Source: Octopus vulgaris
Taxonomy: Eukaryota
Reading direction: 5' to 3'
Length of the DNA: 64,000 nucleotides
Assembly: GCA_951406725.2 (NCBI GenBank)
Contig: OX597814.1
Location: 147,746,001 to 147,810,000 of the forward strand
Below are positions 24,787 through 38,131 of this stretch, in pieces (the stretch's first letter is position 1; every line of letters starts with the position of its first letter). The notes below the pieces were generated by a model that was not told where the DNA came from, searched no databases, and saw only the letters and a list, made by a program, of their open reading frames with translations. Position numbers and translations under genes: made by a program.

Positions 24787-25191
24787 ACTCTTTTACTTGT
24801 TTCAGTCATTTGACTACGGCCATGCTGGAGCACCGCCTTTAGTCGAGCAAATCGACCCCGGGACTTATTTGTAAGCCCAGTACTTATTCTATCGGTCTCT
24901 TTTGCCGATCCGCTAGGTGACGGGGACGTAAACACACCAGCATCGGTTGTCAAGCAATGCTAGGGGGGACAATCACAGACACACAAACACATACACACAC
25001 ACATATATAAATATATATACATATATACGACAGGCTTTTTTCAGTTTCCGTCTACCAAATCCACTCACAAGGCTTTGGTCGGCCCGAGGCTATAGTAGAA
25101 GACACTTGCCCAAGGTGCCACGCAGTGGGACTGAACCCGGAACCATGTGGTTGGTAAACAAGCTACTTACCACACAGCCACTCCTTCGCCT
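24787..25191 (-). mobile_element. SINE family A, full length
   Basis: Near-consensus copy flanked by (TA)n. Confidence 0.92.
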
Positions 25192-25194
25192 ATA

Positions 25195-25235
<41 letters not shown>

Positions 25236-25260
25236 ATATATATATATATATATATATATA

Positions 25261-25453
25261 TTAGCCACTGCACGCATTTTTTCTCTCCTTCCTTCTGTGT
25301 TTTTTTTCTCTCTGTGTATCTTTCTGTTGAAGAGCGTAGGCTCGAAACGTTAAAGACTTGTTTTATTTATATTTCCTGAGCGCCATACTAATACAATTGT
25401 TCGTTTGTTTTCCACCTGCCTTCGTCTTTTGTCTATTTTCATAAAGATTCCCG

Positions 25454-25456
<3 letters not shown>
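25261..25456 (+). mobile_element. ~200-bp hammerhead-bearing element, family H
   Basis: Pyrimidine-rich leader, hammerhead, then TTCCTGAGCGCCATACTAATAC. (TA)n on both sides. Confidence 0.75.
25319..25356 (+). ncRNA. Minimal type-I hammerhead ribozyme motif
   Basis: TCTTT-CTGTTGA-A-GAGC-gtag-GCTC-GAAA-CG-TT-AAAGA. 5-bp stem I, 4-bp stem II, palindromic stem III. Core has A6U. Confidence 0.7.
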
Positions 25457-25500
<44 letters not shown>

Positions 25501-25618
25501 GAAGTTTTGATAGTGTTATATTTTTACATGGTTTACACTCGTTTCAAGAACGTGAGAATCATCACACATCCATATATACATGTGTGTGTGTATGTTATTC
25601 TTAAACAAGAATATTATT

Positions 25619-25665
25619 GAGAGTGATTTCGAAGTTTTGGCATGCTAAGCCATCATCGGACTCTC
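25619..25665 (-). ncRNA. Decayed type-I hammerhead motif (second lineage)
   Basis: GAGAGT-CCGATGA-T-GGC-ttagcat-GCC-AAAA-C-TTCGAA-ATC-ACTCTC. 6-bp stem I and palindromic loop III. U4C and G12A changes. Confidence 0.5.
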
Positions 25666-25765
25666 TACTTCTGTACTTCTCAACAAAAGTATAGAAGAAC
25701 TCATCAGATTTATGTAAAATTGTTTTATATTACACCTGAGCATAAAAACGAACATTAACATTCTT

Positions 25766-25857
<92 letters not shown>

Positions 25858-25934
25858 ATAATATCAATATTTAAATATCGGTATTATCAAGTGACCAGCA
25901 TGGGAATAAATACCATACAAAGGTAATAATTTTT

Positions 25935-26063
25935 TACAACTATAAATAAGGGTGTCTGAGAGACACATGGTGCGATATGAACATTTAAGGTGGGTTTTAG
26001 AGTTAGGGATTTGACTGCTATTTCGGCATGGTGGTGTCTCTCAGACACCCTTATTTATAGTTG

Positions 26064-26065
<2 letters not shown>
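25935..26065. repeat. Perfect 32-bp inverted repeat with 67-bp spacer
   Basis: TACAACTATAAATAAGGGTGTCTGAGAGACAC (25935-25966) and its exact reverse complement (26034-26065). Confidence 0.95.
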
Positions 26066-26111
<46 letters not shown>

Positions 26112-26641
26112 GACAGACATGTAAGTACATACACATAATTATTCATGTACAAATTGCACACAGACACACAAACACACATATATATGGTGTACACTCACAT
26201 ATACAAACACGAAAACTAAATCATTGAAATAAGTCTATATATTGTATGTATTTTCATATATCCCGAGCTAACATGAGACCGGAGAGACACGCTGTATCCC
26301 ATCATACAATGCTTCATTCGCTGTAGATTTATTAGGTGGTGGGTGTTCTGGTAACGTCCAATACATTGTACAATAGACAGCTTAACTTTGAGTCTCTTTC
26401 ATATACACACTGTTATACTCCAACAGAAATACAATGACATTACACATATGTATATGCTTTGAATGAACGTGTATCCGTGCATATAATCTGCATATAATCT
26501 AATATTTGTGTGAATCTCAACATATAATATTCCTGGAACCATTCTGAATGTGTAAGCATTGATGCCTTTCTAAACTCTCACTCTCTCCATATGTATACAT
26601 AATATATAATGTGTGTGTATAACAATTTAATATAATGCACA

Positions 26642-26715
26642 ACAGATCCTACTATTTCTAAAACCGAAACCGAATTGAAGAAATGAAAAGTGCTCCTTTT
26701 CCAGATGTCTATCGT
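26642..26715 (+). pseudogene. Possible Penelope-like reverse transcriptase relic
   Basis: TDPTISKTETE/IEEMKSAPFPDV across a frameshift loosely resembles the PLE RT motif HPxIxFTxExExxxxLPFLDV. Confidence 0.25.
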
Positions 26716-26792
26716 TAATGGAAACATTTATTTTCATATCTATATTTTAATTATTTGATGCTGGGTAAGATTTGTGTATGTATCTATCTATC

Positions 26793-26823
<31 letters not shown>

Positions 26824-26846
26824 CTTACATATATATACTTACACAC

Positions 26847-27037
26847 ACAGGAGTGTCTGTGTGGTAAGTAGCTTGCTTACCAACCTCATGGTTCCGGGTT
26901 CAGTTCCACTGCGTGGCACCTTGGGCAAAGTGTCTTCTACCATAGCCTCAGGCGACCAAAGCCTTGTGAGTCGATTTGTTCGATTAAAGGTGGTGCCCCA
27001 GCAAGGCCGCAGTCAAATGACTGAAACAAATAAAAGT
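26847..27037 (+). mobile_element. SINE family A, large internal deletion
   Basis: Head through CCTTGTGAGT joined directly to GTCGATTTG...tail. The central microsatellite is absent. Confidence 0.85.
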
Positions 27038-27231
27038 ATATATATATATATATATATACATATACACAAACATATATATATATATATATATATTTAAAGT
27101 ATTTCTTCGAATAATACGTTGATCCAAGTACGTATCCAAAATGACTGGACTGAAAATTACTGACCTGTCAACTAAGGACCAGATGCACCAGCTTGGACTT
27201 AACTGCCTAATTAAATCACTCTAAAGAACAT

Positions 27232-27273
<42 letters not shown>

Positions 27274-27993
27274 TTATATTAAAAGTGATAGCTAGTTTTG
27301 CTCTCTTGAAATGTATTAAACAACTTTTCTCGTAAAAAATATGTTAATTTCGCTCAGTATTTATACGCTATCATACTTTCTTGTATAACCTATATAAACA
27401 CTTATATGCCATTATATATATATATATAATCTGAAACAGCTGCAAACTAATGAAGTTCATACGATCGCTTATTCCTTTGTCATCTTATTTTATTATTACT
27501 GCTCTGTACTCGACTAACTCATACACACACACACACACTATCAACGTGGAAGGGAGAATCTTTAGAAAAATTACAAAATGACTAAAAGATGGATAGTGTT
27601 TTGTATGGAACTTATCCAATACACCCCCCCTCTCTGCCTCTGTCTCCCTCTGTGTGTGTTTCTGTGTGTACGTGTGTTAAAGAATGTGTCAGCTTCGGAA
27701 AAGATGTTTGGCAATTTTGTTAGAATTATTTCATTTCGGTTCGATTCCAAATCCGATTGTGCTACTCATAACTTTATTTTTGAATTCCTGTTGATAGGTT
27801 TTTTGGAAAAAAAAAAATCAAATCAAATCGACAACATTAGAAGTACTGTGATCAATTAAAACTTCTTTCCTATATCTTTGTAAACTTGTGTATATCTAGA
27901 ACATTATTAATTAGGGCTTATAATCGCATACAAACACACAACTGGAAACAGAAATATATATTCGTCCTGATATACATTCACCCTTATGGAATA

Positions 27994-28100
27994 TTCTTTT
28001 CTACTCTAGGCACAAGGCCAAAAATTCTTGGGGAGGGGCAAGTCGATTACATCGACACCAATACGCAACTGGTACTTAATTTATCGACTCCAAAAGAATG
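27994..28100 (-). mobile_element. SINE family B (tail 2), 3' fragment
   Basis: TTCTTTTCTACTCTAGGCACAAGGCC...GTCGATTACATCGAC...AACTGGTACTTAATTTATCGAC. Confidence 0.8.
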
Positions 28101-28218
28101 CAACTCAATTGTATGCTGTGGTATGTGCGTGTGTTTATGTATGTATATGTATATAAATTGCATGTATTTATTACTGTCTGTATGTACATCAGTTAGTATA
28201 TGTCTGTGTGTGTGCTTG

Positions 28219-28253
<35 letters not shown>

Positions 28254-29067
28254 CACACAGTTTGTGAGAGATAGATAGATAGATAGATAGATAGTATACA
28301 CGCTGGATAACCGCAAAAAGAAACAGGTAGTTATAGGAAACTGTATGTATAAAGTTTTACAAAATATACACACGCGCACACACGAACACAGTACAAAAAC
28401 ACTCGTTTTAAAACATTTGCATGTACACTCTTGCTGTCAACGAATACTCACACACACGCACACATACACAGTTATGCACATGTATGTATGTATGTATGTA
28501 TGCGTGTGTATGTATGTGTGTGTGTGCGTGTATGTATGTAGTATAATTGTGCTGCTTGGACGTCTTTTCAAAGTGGAGAGACATGGAAAAGCGGACCAGG
28601 CAAAATTTGAGCCTGCTAGAAATAGGAACCAAATTTTTTTTAATCCCTTGTTCGTGCTTTAAAAATTATATGCGAGAAAACACATGGGGGTAATGTAATC
28701 ACAGATAACGACCGGGCAGTGGCAACTAGACCTATTCGTCCTGAACTTACGTAGTGTAAACAATGACGATTGCTTGACTGCTAGGCTCTAACAATGACAA
28801 CAGCCACGACCGCGATGACCAACGGCGAAAGCGTTCTCGACTTTGATTGTGACTTTAAGATGATTTCATCCATTGCCTCAATTCTATAGATTTGAGGTTG
28901 AGGGAAGGAACAACAAGGGAGATTGCTGGTTATACCGATTCTCTACTTTTATAGTACTTATAGGATTTTAACTCAGATCCACAGAAGGGGCCTACCTAAA
29001 TATCACAACGGCTATTTTTTTTTTGTAGCTCACTATTGCCTCCCTTGTCTTTAATAATAATAAATTG

Positions 29068-29535
29068 TTTCTACTCTAGGGACAAGGCATAAAATTTGTA
29101 GGGTGGGAGTGAGTTGGTATCATTGAGACCAGTGCTCACCTGGTACTTATTTCATCGACCTCGAAACGCTGAAAAGCAAAACTGACCTCAGTGAAATTTG
29201 AACTCAAAACAGATAGAATGATTCTTTCATCATCCTAATATTTATTTTTAATTTAGGTACAAGACCAGCAATTTTGAAGGGATGGAATTAGTTCACTACT
29301 ACTTTATTTTCATTGACCACCTAGGGCTAAAAAGCTGAGTTGACCTCGGTGAGATTTGAACTTAGGGCAGAGGGAGCCAGCAATTTTTCCGACTCTCTAA
29401 TGATTCCCCTAATTCTCCACCCAAACAAATAATCACCTCCAACGTAAGTATAAGGCTTCATTTTTTTTTTGCTATTAGAGAGGAATAGTGGATTAATTTT
29501 ACTCCATTACATGACAGGTACGTTATTGTATCGAT
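29068..29535 (-). mobile_element. Cluster of three decayed family B copies, same orientation
   Basis: Repeated ACAAG.C..AAATTT...GGTAC.T.ATT...TCGA...TGACCTC.GTG..ATTTGAACT segments at ~29070, ~29255 and ~29450. Confidence 0.6.
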
Positions 29536-30789
29536 CTAATAAACGCACTTTTAAGGGATTTACATTTCAAATTCGTGACCGATATCGATATATCAAGGGT
29601 TTCTTTTTAACTGATTTCCGTCTATTAGGCTAATTTTTTTTGTGATACAAAAAATAAACTGTCACCCCCACCACCATTCCCAGACCCAGCATTAACACTA
29701 CTAACACCACTAGCGTCGTCACCAGTACCAACACCACCAACATCAAGGAGATCACCGCCAACAACACCACCAGCAGCACAAACAAACCTTTGTGCATCGT
29801 TATCACTACAACGCTACCGGAACCAACAGCAACACTATTGCCAATGTTACGAATATCAACAACATCATTATCCTCCTCCTCCTCATCATCATCATAAACA
29901 CCACCATCAACAACATCACTAACACCTTTGCGCAGCCACCCCTACTAGCGACAACAGAAACACCATCATCAACGTTAACACGTTAGATCCATTAAGGGTT
30001 AGGTTGTTTGATAATAGTCCTACCCATCTTGATCTCCAGACTCTCATCCACATACCTCAACAAACTACAAAACTTACTAAAATCTTTACATGGTATGATA
30101 ACAGCTTGTACACACTACATGTCTTCAGTTTATATACATATCAAAATACTAAGGACATGAAAATGTGAGAGGCATAGTTTATGTCTGCAACAAGCCTCAA
30201 CGTCCACAGTCCTCAAGGCAGGTATCATACCGCTGAGTGCTACTATAGTAACACGATAAAAAATAAATGCCTTTCCTACACATTAAGGACAGGCATAAGG
30301 AACACATACACACAAATAATTGGGAAAGTCTCACTAAACTCAAACACCCCGTTGTGAAAAACTATCAGCAACTGGCGCAGAAGGACAGCAATTGCTACTC
30401 TCTGATGGGGAATACGTTACCTGGTCTGCTATGGTCACCATGGGAACATACAGGTGTAGAAGAATAGACACTGTGTCCCTTAGGATTCAGCACTGGAGAT
30501 TGATGTGTGTAGTATGGTCCACAGTTAGTCATGGTATAGATATGAATTGGATCCTTGGGTTACACTTTGTCGTTAGCTCCATCACCCGTGTGCTATAGGC
30601 CCTGTTCGATATGGGAGCTCCTGGAGCTATGCTGTACCCTACCACCATCTCCACCACACAGGGACATTACTGCCACCACTGCTGACACCAGCACCACCGC
30701 TCCAAAGAGAGTCTGTATGTGGCTGATGAACCTACAAAAAATAGCAGCTAACTCACTACCAGATCCCACAGATTACATTCAACTGTTTT

Positions 30790-30869
30790 AAATGTAGTTC
30801 AGAATATAATTTGTGCAAATGTAGTTCAGAATATAATTTGTGCAAATGTAGTTCAGAATATAATTTGTG
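30790..30869. repeat. 27-bp tandem repeat, three copies
   Basis: AAATGTAGTTCAGAATATAATTTGTGC x ~3, perfect. Confidence 0.95.
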
Positions 30870-31203
30870 AAAACAAAAGAATGTTTTAAAAAAATGAAAG
30901 GAAAAATGTGGGGACGGGCTCTACCGTACGTTTCTCATCGTAGATTTTTTTTATTACAGCTTGGGAAGGTGAACCTCTGTCTCAAAAACAACAACAGCGA
31001 TAAACATATACACCTACACCACATCCTCCACCACAACCAGCATCGGAAGTGATCCAAATACCAACTCCGTTCTATATGGAATGACTAAAACAAACGGGAT
31101 GAAACAGGCAGATCCAATTTGTATAATAAATATAGAAGTTTTACGCTAACACGTTGTGATCCAAATGCAATTACTCGCATACATACATACATACATACAT
31201 ACA

Positions 31204-31234
<31 letters not shown>

Positions 31235-31579
31235 TATCGATAGAGAGAAAGTGAGAAGTGAAGTTCGAATTCGCATGTAATTTGTATTAAAAAGATATAA
31301 GGAAATAAGCGAACACTCCTTTTAATCCGGTTTCTCTTCCACGGTTTCTATCCCACCCCCACACACACACCCCGTTATACTTCATTAAATTAATATTAAT
31401 ATGAAATTATTAAAATAGTGGAATATTGAAATAGGCTTGTAGCCTTCGGGCATATATAATAATGTAACACGCATTCATCCACGTGGAAGCACGGAAATGT
31501 TGCAATCGCCATCCCTCCCAGCTACACCGGCAGCCCTCTCCATCATTGCCGCCACCTTTACAAAATACAACGGCAATCG

Positions 31580-31783
31580 ACAGCAGCAATCATCATCATC
31601 ATCATCTCCATAAACAACCAACAACTGCTCTAACATCAGCTGCAGCAGCAAAAGCAGCAGCAACAGCAGCAGCAGCACCGTGATAAACAGTAGAATCACC
31701 ACTATCACTACAACCTCCACCACCACCACGAACACCACTGCTGCTGCTGCTACCACTTCTACTACTACCAACACCACCACCGT

Positions 31784-31816
<33 letters not shown>

Positions 31817-31837
31817 CAACACCACCACCGTCATTAC

Positions 31838-31870
<33 letters not shown>

Positions 31871-31881
31871 TATCATCCATG

Positions 31882-31936
<55 letters not shown>

Positions 31937-32000
31937 CCTCACCACCACCACCAACACTACTACTACTGACAACAACAACAACAACAACACTACACCACTG
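31580..32000. repeat. Compound trinucleotide tract (CAT/CAG/ACC/ACT/AAC)
   Basis: Direct observation; source of the poly-T/V/S ORFs. Confidence 0.95.
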
Positions 32001-32019
32001 TCCAACATTTCCATCAACC

Positions 32020-32900
32020 TCCAAAATAGCCATTCGGTGTTAGAAATAGCAACCAATATCTCCCTGAAATTACACGCATCGTCTTAAAAGTAAAAAAAAA
32101 AAAAAAAGCTATTAGATTTTTCACATGCTTATGTGGGGGAAAAGTGGAATGGTCACGACTAGAACTCTTTGATTTATAGGCCTGCTAGTTCAGATTTGAT
32201 CTGGGGCTAAACAAACCGCTAGCATCGATGCTACAGTTAAATCACAATGTACCCTACATGACTCCGCTGTATCCACCCCGCTAGAATACAACTACTACTC
32301 CCTTTAGCAATATTGTCGCGTACACTGCTTACCACCCGGTAGGTATATCCCAGCTTACACAACACTACATCACATCCCATATTACAATAAACTACTACCT
32401 CACGGAAGAGACTTTCTGAGCTGTCGCTCTCGAACCTGCTAGTAATAGCAGCTAAATTCCTTAAAATCTCTTCCCACAAAGTCTTTAAAAAGCAGAACAT
32501 GTATACAGTGGAGTCGTTGATTGAAAAAAATAAAAAAATAAACAAAAACAAATAAATGAACTATATAGCTATATAGCTGTTGATCAGAGTCCTGCTCGGT
32601 TAGGTCTGTCCTGGGTTTACCCAACAACAATAACAACATCATACCACAACCTTCACTAGGAGTATGCCAGGTCATATTCTACACAACACAGCATTACAAC
32701 TTACACTATATTACACACTGAGGAAGTATTTGCTCGACCCGCTAGAAATTGTAACCAAATCTTCCTCATATTATGCCCCGACACAATGAATATTATAAAT
32801 AAATTAAAATAAGTGAAGGGCGCATGAAATCTAATTTAGTCCTAAGGTATGATACGTTGGAAAGGTGCATTCAGTTCCTATATATATTGTCTGCAAAAAA

Positions 32901-32939
<39 letters not shown>

Positions 32940-33020
32940 ATAGAAGATAGACGTGATGGTCACGGTTGGGATACCTTTGATCATACATCTTCTTGATCAG
33001 AACTCATCGAGGATTAAACA
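32020..33020. repeat. Three family E copies
   Basis: TG(C/T)TAG(A/T)AAT..CA.C.AA motifs at ~32039, 32438 and 32741. GGTCACG...GATC/TATAGG...CTGGGGCTAAAC ends at ~32210, ~32620 and ~33020. Confidence 0.65.
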
Positions 33021-34185
33021 GGAGCCCCAATAAAAATATAAAATATTACGCCACAATCAAACTAAAACCAGTGCGAGGTTTGAACCCCTTTCAATTAACG
33101 TACTGGCATGAAAAACTAAGACAATAATGCACAAACTGCTACATTGTAATGCATCTTCATTGCATGTCTGAGTATGCAGCAGTATGTGGGCCTCTGCTAG
33201 ACAGACATGGAACTATTAAATGCATGTATATGATAGATATTTTTTCGACGGTGTCTTGCGGATATCTGTCTGTAAGATCAGGGCTTACTTGGTCTGGGGG
33301 AGCTTTAACAAAAGTAAAATCGCAAGGAAAAGCAGCAACGTGGATGTGTTGGGGTATATACGTGAGCAGATATGGTTGAGTGGATAGGAATCGCTCTACA
33401 TAAGTAAACATTAAATGGTTCTAGCTTTGATCTCACGATCCAACAGCTCGTTACTTCGGGCATGACGGCGAGGGTCCACCTGTCGCCAACGGGTGTGGGA
33501 TACGGGAGAAAGGAGACTTTCCAAAGATGTGTCCTTTTAAGTAACTGCTAAGGTTGTGGAACTCAGTTTCTCGCTCCGGTGGTTAAAATAAATAAATAAA
33601 TAGATAAATAAATAAATAATCAAAATTTAACTACATATACATGCACACAAACACACATGCGCAGATACAAACGCAGTCACACACTTTGAGTACGTAGAGG
33701 AATTCATACAAAAATCGATAAGATCCCCAGTATATACACTTGTGCACTTGCATACATGTATATATCTATCAACTTCTCTTTCTTTCTCCCTCATTTTCTT
33801 TCTTTCTCTCTCTCTCTCTCGTTCTTTTCTGTATGCATACATATAATATATATGGTATTATTATTACTATATGTATGGTATTACTATGGTCGTGCTCCAG
33901 CATGACCATGACCGCATAGCTGAAAAGAGTATAAAAGATATTCGCACATATACACACACACACATAAATATACATATCATAAATATGTTATTATTATCAC
34001 TATATATACATATATTTTAATAATAATGATAATAATAATAATAATGATAATAATAATATATATACATATACACTTCTATTATATATATTATATATTTCAT
34101 TATTATAACTATATATATACTTCTATTATATATATTATATGTTATTATCACTATATAAATATATATGTATAAGTTATCATTACAT

Positions 34186-34235
<50 letters not shown>

Positions 34236-34295
34236 GCATTATATAAATCATTATCATTATATATATCATATATATATATATGTTATTATTATCAT

Positions 34296-34351
<56 letters not shown>

Positions 34352-34506
34352 TATGGATTTGGAGAACTTACATAATGTAGTTAGGTGAGCTTACATCATT
34401 GGAGTTGAAAGACAATTTTTTATATTTCAATTACAAAGATAATTTCTGTTAATTAAAGTTGCTCAACTATAATTGCTTATATTGTATGCATATGTGTGTC
34501 GAGAGA

Positions 34507-34547
<41 letters not shown>

Positions 34548-34824
34548 GCGCGCACGCACACACACTCACTGACAGAGAGATACATGAGAATGTAGTTTAG
34601 AGAACTACTGAAACTCACTCTCTCGGCCATCTGTGAGGTCAATCTTTCGAATATAGAGCAGCACTGCAAGCCAGCACGACCTTTCTTTTCAGAATATGGG
34701 GTTAATATTATGCTCCCAACCTCATATAAACAACAATTAGTCTGGAAACAGAAATATGAACCAGCCCATTCTTACAAAATGTTTCTTACACACACACACA
34801 CGCACACACACATATGGATATATA

Positions 34825-34859
<35 letters not shown>

Positions 34860-34998
34860 ATACACTCACACACACATATATATATATATACACACGCACA
34901 CACATGCACACACACACACACGCGCACACACACATATGCATATATATGAATATATATATATATATATGTATACACTCACACACATATATATATTATAC

Positions 34999-35036
<38 letters not shown>

Positions 35037-35049
35037 GCATATGCGCGCA

Positions 35050-35245
35050 GTGTGTTTGCGTTGTCCAGCACAACCACTTGACAACCGTTGTTCGTTTGTT
35101 TTTCTCCTCACGACTTTGCGTTTCGATATGATGAAACCCGATAGAATAAGTACCAAACTTTAAAAAAAAAGTCCTGTGCCCGATTTGTCGATTTGTTCTT
35201 TTAAAGACTTTAAGGCAGTACACCAGCATGGCCGCAGTCTCAAAT
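35050..35245 (+). mobile_element. SINE family A, 3' half
   Basis: CTTGACAACCG...CGATAGAATAAGTACC...CCAGCATGGCCGCAGTC. Confidence 0.75.
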
Positions 35246-36446
35246 CTGACGCAAGTAATACATATACATATATAAATGTACACACACATACACAGTTCTA
35301 CCTGGTCTTCTTTCTCCCTTCTCACTCTTCCTCTCCTTTCCTTAACAAACCAATCGTAAAAACATGGTTCCGATGTACAGCTAGGTGTAGTGAGCCATTT
35401 CAGCAATTTAATTAGTTTGTAGAATTCATAGCGGCGTCCATTGATTTGAGTTAACACCCACCGCTCCAGTCCAGACGCGTGATTCGAACCAGCGACAGCA
35501 CGGACAGGAACTGGTTCGTTAACTCTACAGCTTGCATCTTCCCCACCCAACTATAAATTTGGCCACATTGGTCAGAATTTAGTGGCAGTTGTAGCAGAAG
35601 TAGTAGGTGTGGGAGTGGTGGTGGTGGTGGTGGCGACGGCGGCGGAAGTGTCAGCGGTAGTGGTGGAGTTGTTAGCGGTGTTGGTAGTCTTAGTAGTAGT
35701 TGTAGTGATGGTAATGGTAGCGGTGGTGGTAGTGGTAGTAGTGTGTTTGTGAGTGGGGATTGTGGTGGTGGTGGTGGTGGTAGTAGTAGTGATGGTAGTA
35801 GTAGTAGTTGTAGAAGTCGTAGTAGTAAGAGCTCCACTGAACGAGAGATAAATTTGAATTATTCGTGTAAATAGTTCATTAATGGCTAAAAGAACGCCTC
35901 ACTCGAGTCAGTCATAAAATAAAGCCGATGGTTTAACTACAGGAATCCGTGGCGTTCATCATCAAGTGGGAGACTCGCCGTTTCTCCCTGGATAGAATAC
36001 AAGTCTATCGCAGGTAAACTTTTCCCAGAAGCTCTATTTTCCAAATAACTACTTTTGTTCAGTAAACAAGAATGAATCACAAACTTAATAAGATATCACA
36101 TAGATGCGACGCTCATGGGAAAACACTTATACACACACACACAGAATCATATATACTTGCATATTTAAGGGTAAGTCCAAGATCCACTTCCCACGTAAGA
36201 TATAAGCTCAGAGAAGTTTAAAGTCAAGTAAGTGTTTGTGTCATATATTTCTTCTATAGATGTTACCAATGCACACATTTAATACACATACACACGCAGA
36301 CGCAGGTTATAGGGAGAGTGTATGCAGACATGTATTATTGTATATGCTAGTTGAACCTGATGATGGTGAAGAGAGGCTTTTATTCTCATTTACTACCAAA
36401 ATAATTTTTACCCTATAAAATATGTTATGGCTGTATGTGTGTGACC

Positions 36447-36481
<35 letters not shown>

Positions 36482-36639
36482 AACTATTGAGTGTATATAT
36501 ATATATATATACAGACACGCAGGATTGGTTTTATATATATATATATACACAGACACGCAGGATTGGTTATATATATATATATATACATACATACATATAT
36601 GCACGTGTGAGTGGACAAAAGAAAGGAAAGAGGCACTCA

Positions 36640-36853
36640 ACACATTTTAGTGAAGTACTAAGCCAACAAATCGTGGGAAGGGATAAATTGGTTACATGAA
36701 TTCCAGTTTTCAACTGGTACTTCTTTTGTCGACAGCGAAAGGATGATAACCGAAGGTGCTCCAGGCAGAATTTGAACTCAGAACGTAAAGACGGAGGAAA
36801 TGCCGCTGAGCACTTTATGCCTGGCGTGCTAACGATTCTGCCACCTCGCCGCC
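36640..36853 (-). mobile_element. SINE family B, diverged
   Basis: AACTGGTACTT...GAATTTGAACTCAGAACGTAA...GGCGTGCTAACGATTCTGCCA.CTCGCCGCC. Confidence 0.8.
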
Positions 36854-37061
36854 TTCGGGGATACATATATTATTATATATTATTAGTTCTAACATTTAGA
36901 TTCGGGCCCCATACAACTTTAAAGTTCCGTAGGCTTGTCACGGGAACCTAGCTCTATAAACTCACAAACACACATACACTCTTCCGAAATATCCCGAATT
37001 TATATTTACAAGTTCTCTGAAAATGTTTTAATTTACTACACACACAACCTGTATATCAACT

Positions 37062-37121
<60 letters not shown>

Positions 37122-37261
37122 CGATTGTGGTATTGATGATGATGATGATGATGATGATTTATCGTGCATGTTGACAAAGCTATCACATTTATATTTATTT
37201 GCTGCTTGAGCTGACACAGCAAAATCATATTAAACGACGAGTTTTTGCTCATTCTTATCAT

Positions 37262-37480
37262 ATATAGCCCTTGGTTAACATTAATCGCAGAAGATCTATG
37301 ATCAAAGCGTTCCCGCTATGGTTATTGCCCCCTGTAAATCAGATATTATCCGAAACAAAATTATCCGTTAATGTGTCAAATATCTCATTTCTCAAAAGAC
37401 ACTGGCGCTGGATTTGTAGAATATTTGGCTGCTATTTCTAGCATTTCAACGAATGCCTATTTGGCACATTCTCGTTTGCC
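37262..37480. repeat. Family E repeat
   Basis: AGCCC...GATCTATGATCAAAGCGTTCC ... ATTTGGCTGCTATTTCTAGCA. Confidence 0.65.
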
Positions 37481-37524
37481 GGTTATCAGTGGAATTACCC
37501 TATAAGAAAACAAATAAATAAAAT

Positions 37525-37585
<61 letters not shown>

Positions 37586-37797
37586 CACCACCACCACCGC
37601 CACCACCACCACCACAATGTGTCAGGAATTGTTCGACAGATTAAATTGATCTCATCACTTGACCAGGGATTTATTTTATCGACCCCGGAGAATAAAAGAT
37701 TTGATCTCGGCATGATTTGAACTGTGAGTGTAAAGAATAGTCTTAAATGCCAAAGGGTGACTATACAGTGGGAGATTTCCTCTCAGGCAGGCATCAG

Positions 37798-37835
<38 letters not shown>

Positions 37836-37845
37836 TTTTTCAGCT

Positions 37846-37880
<35 letters not shown>

Positions 37881-37933
37881 TATATATGCATGTATATATA
37901 TAATGAGATATATATATATATATATATATATAC

Positions 37934-38014
<81 letters not shown>

Positions 38015-38076
38015 TGAGAGGGAAGCAGTGTATGTATATCTCTATCTCACTGTATGCGTATATGTGTATGTGAGTA

Positions 38077-38131
<55 letters not shown>

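Noticed and set aside
30790-30869. CRISPR-like 27-bp repeats
   Set aside because: Head-to-tail with no spacers, in eukaryotic context, with no cas genes.
31475-32087. Mucin-like poly-Thr or poly-Val/Ser ORFs
   Set aside because: Trinucleotide tract open in several frames on both strands, with no splice or signal context.
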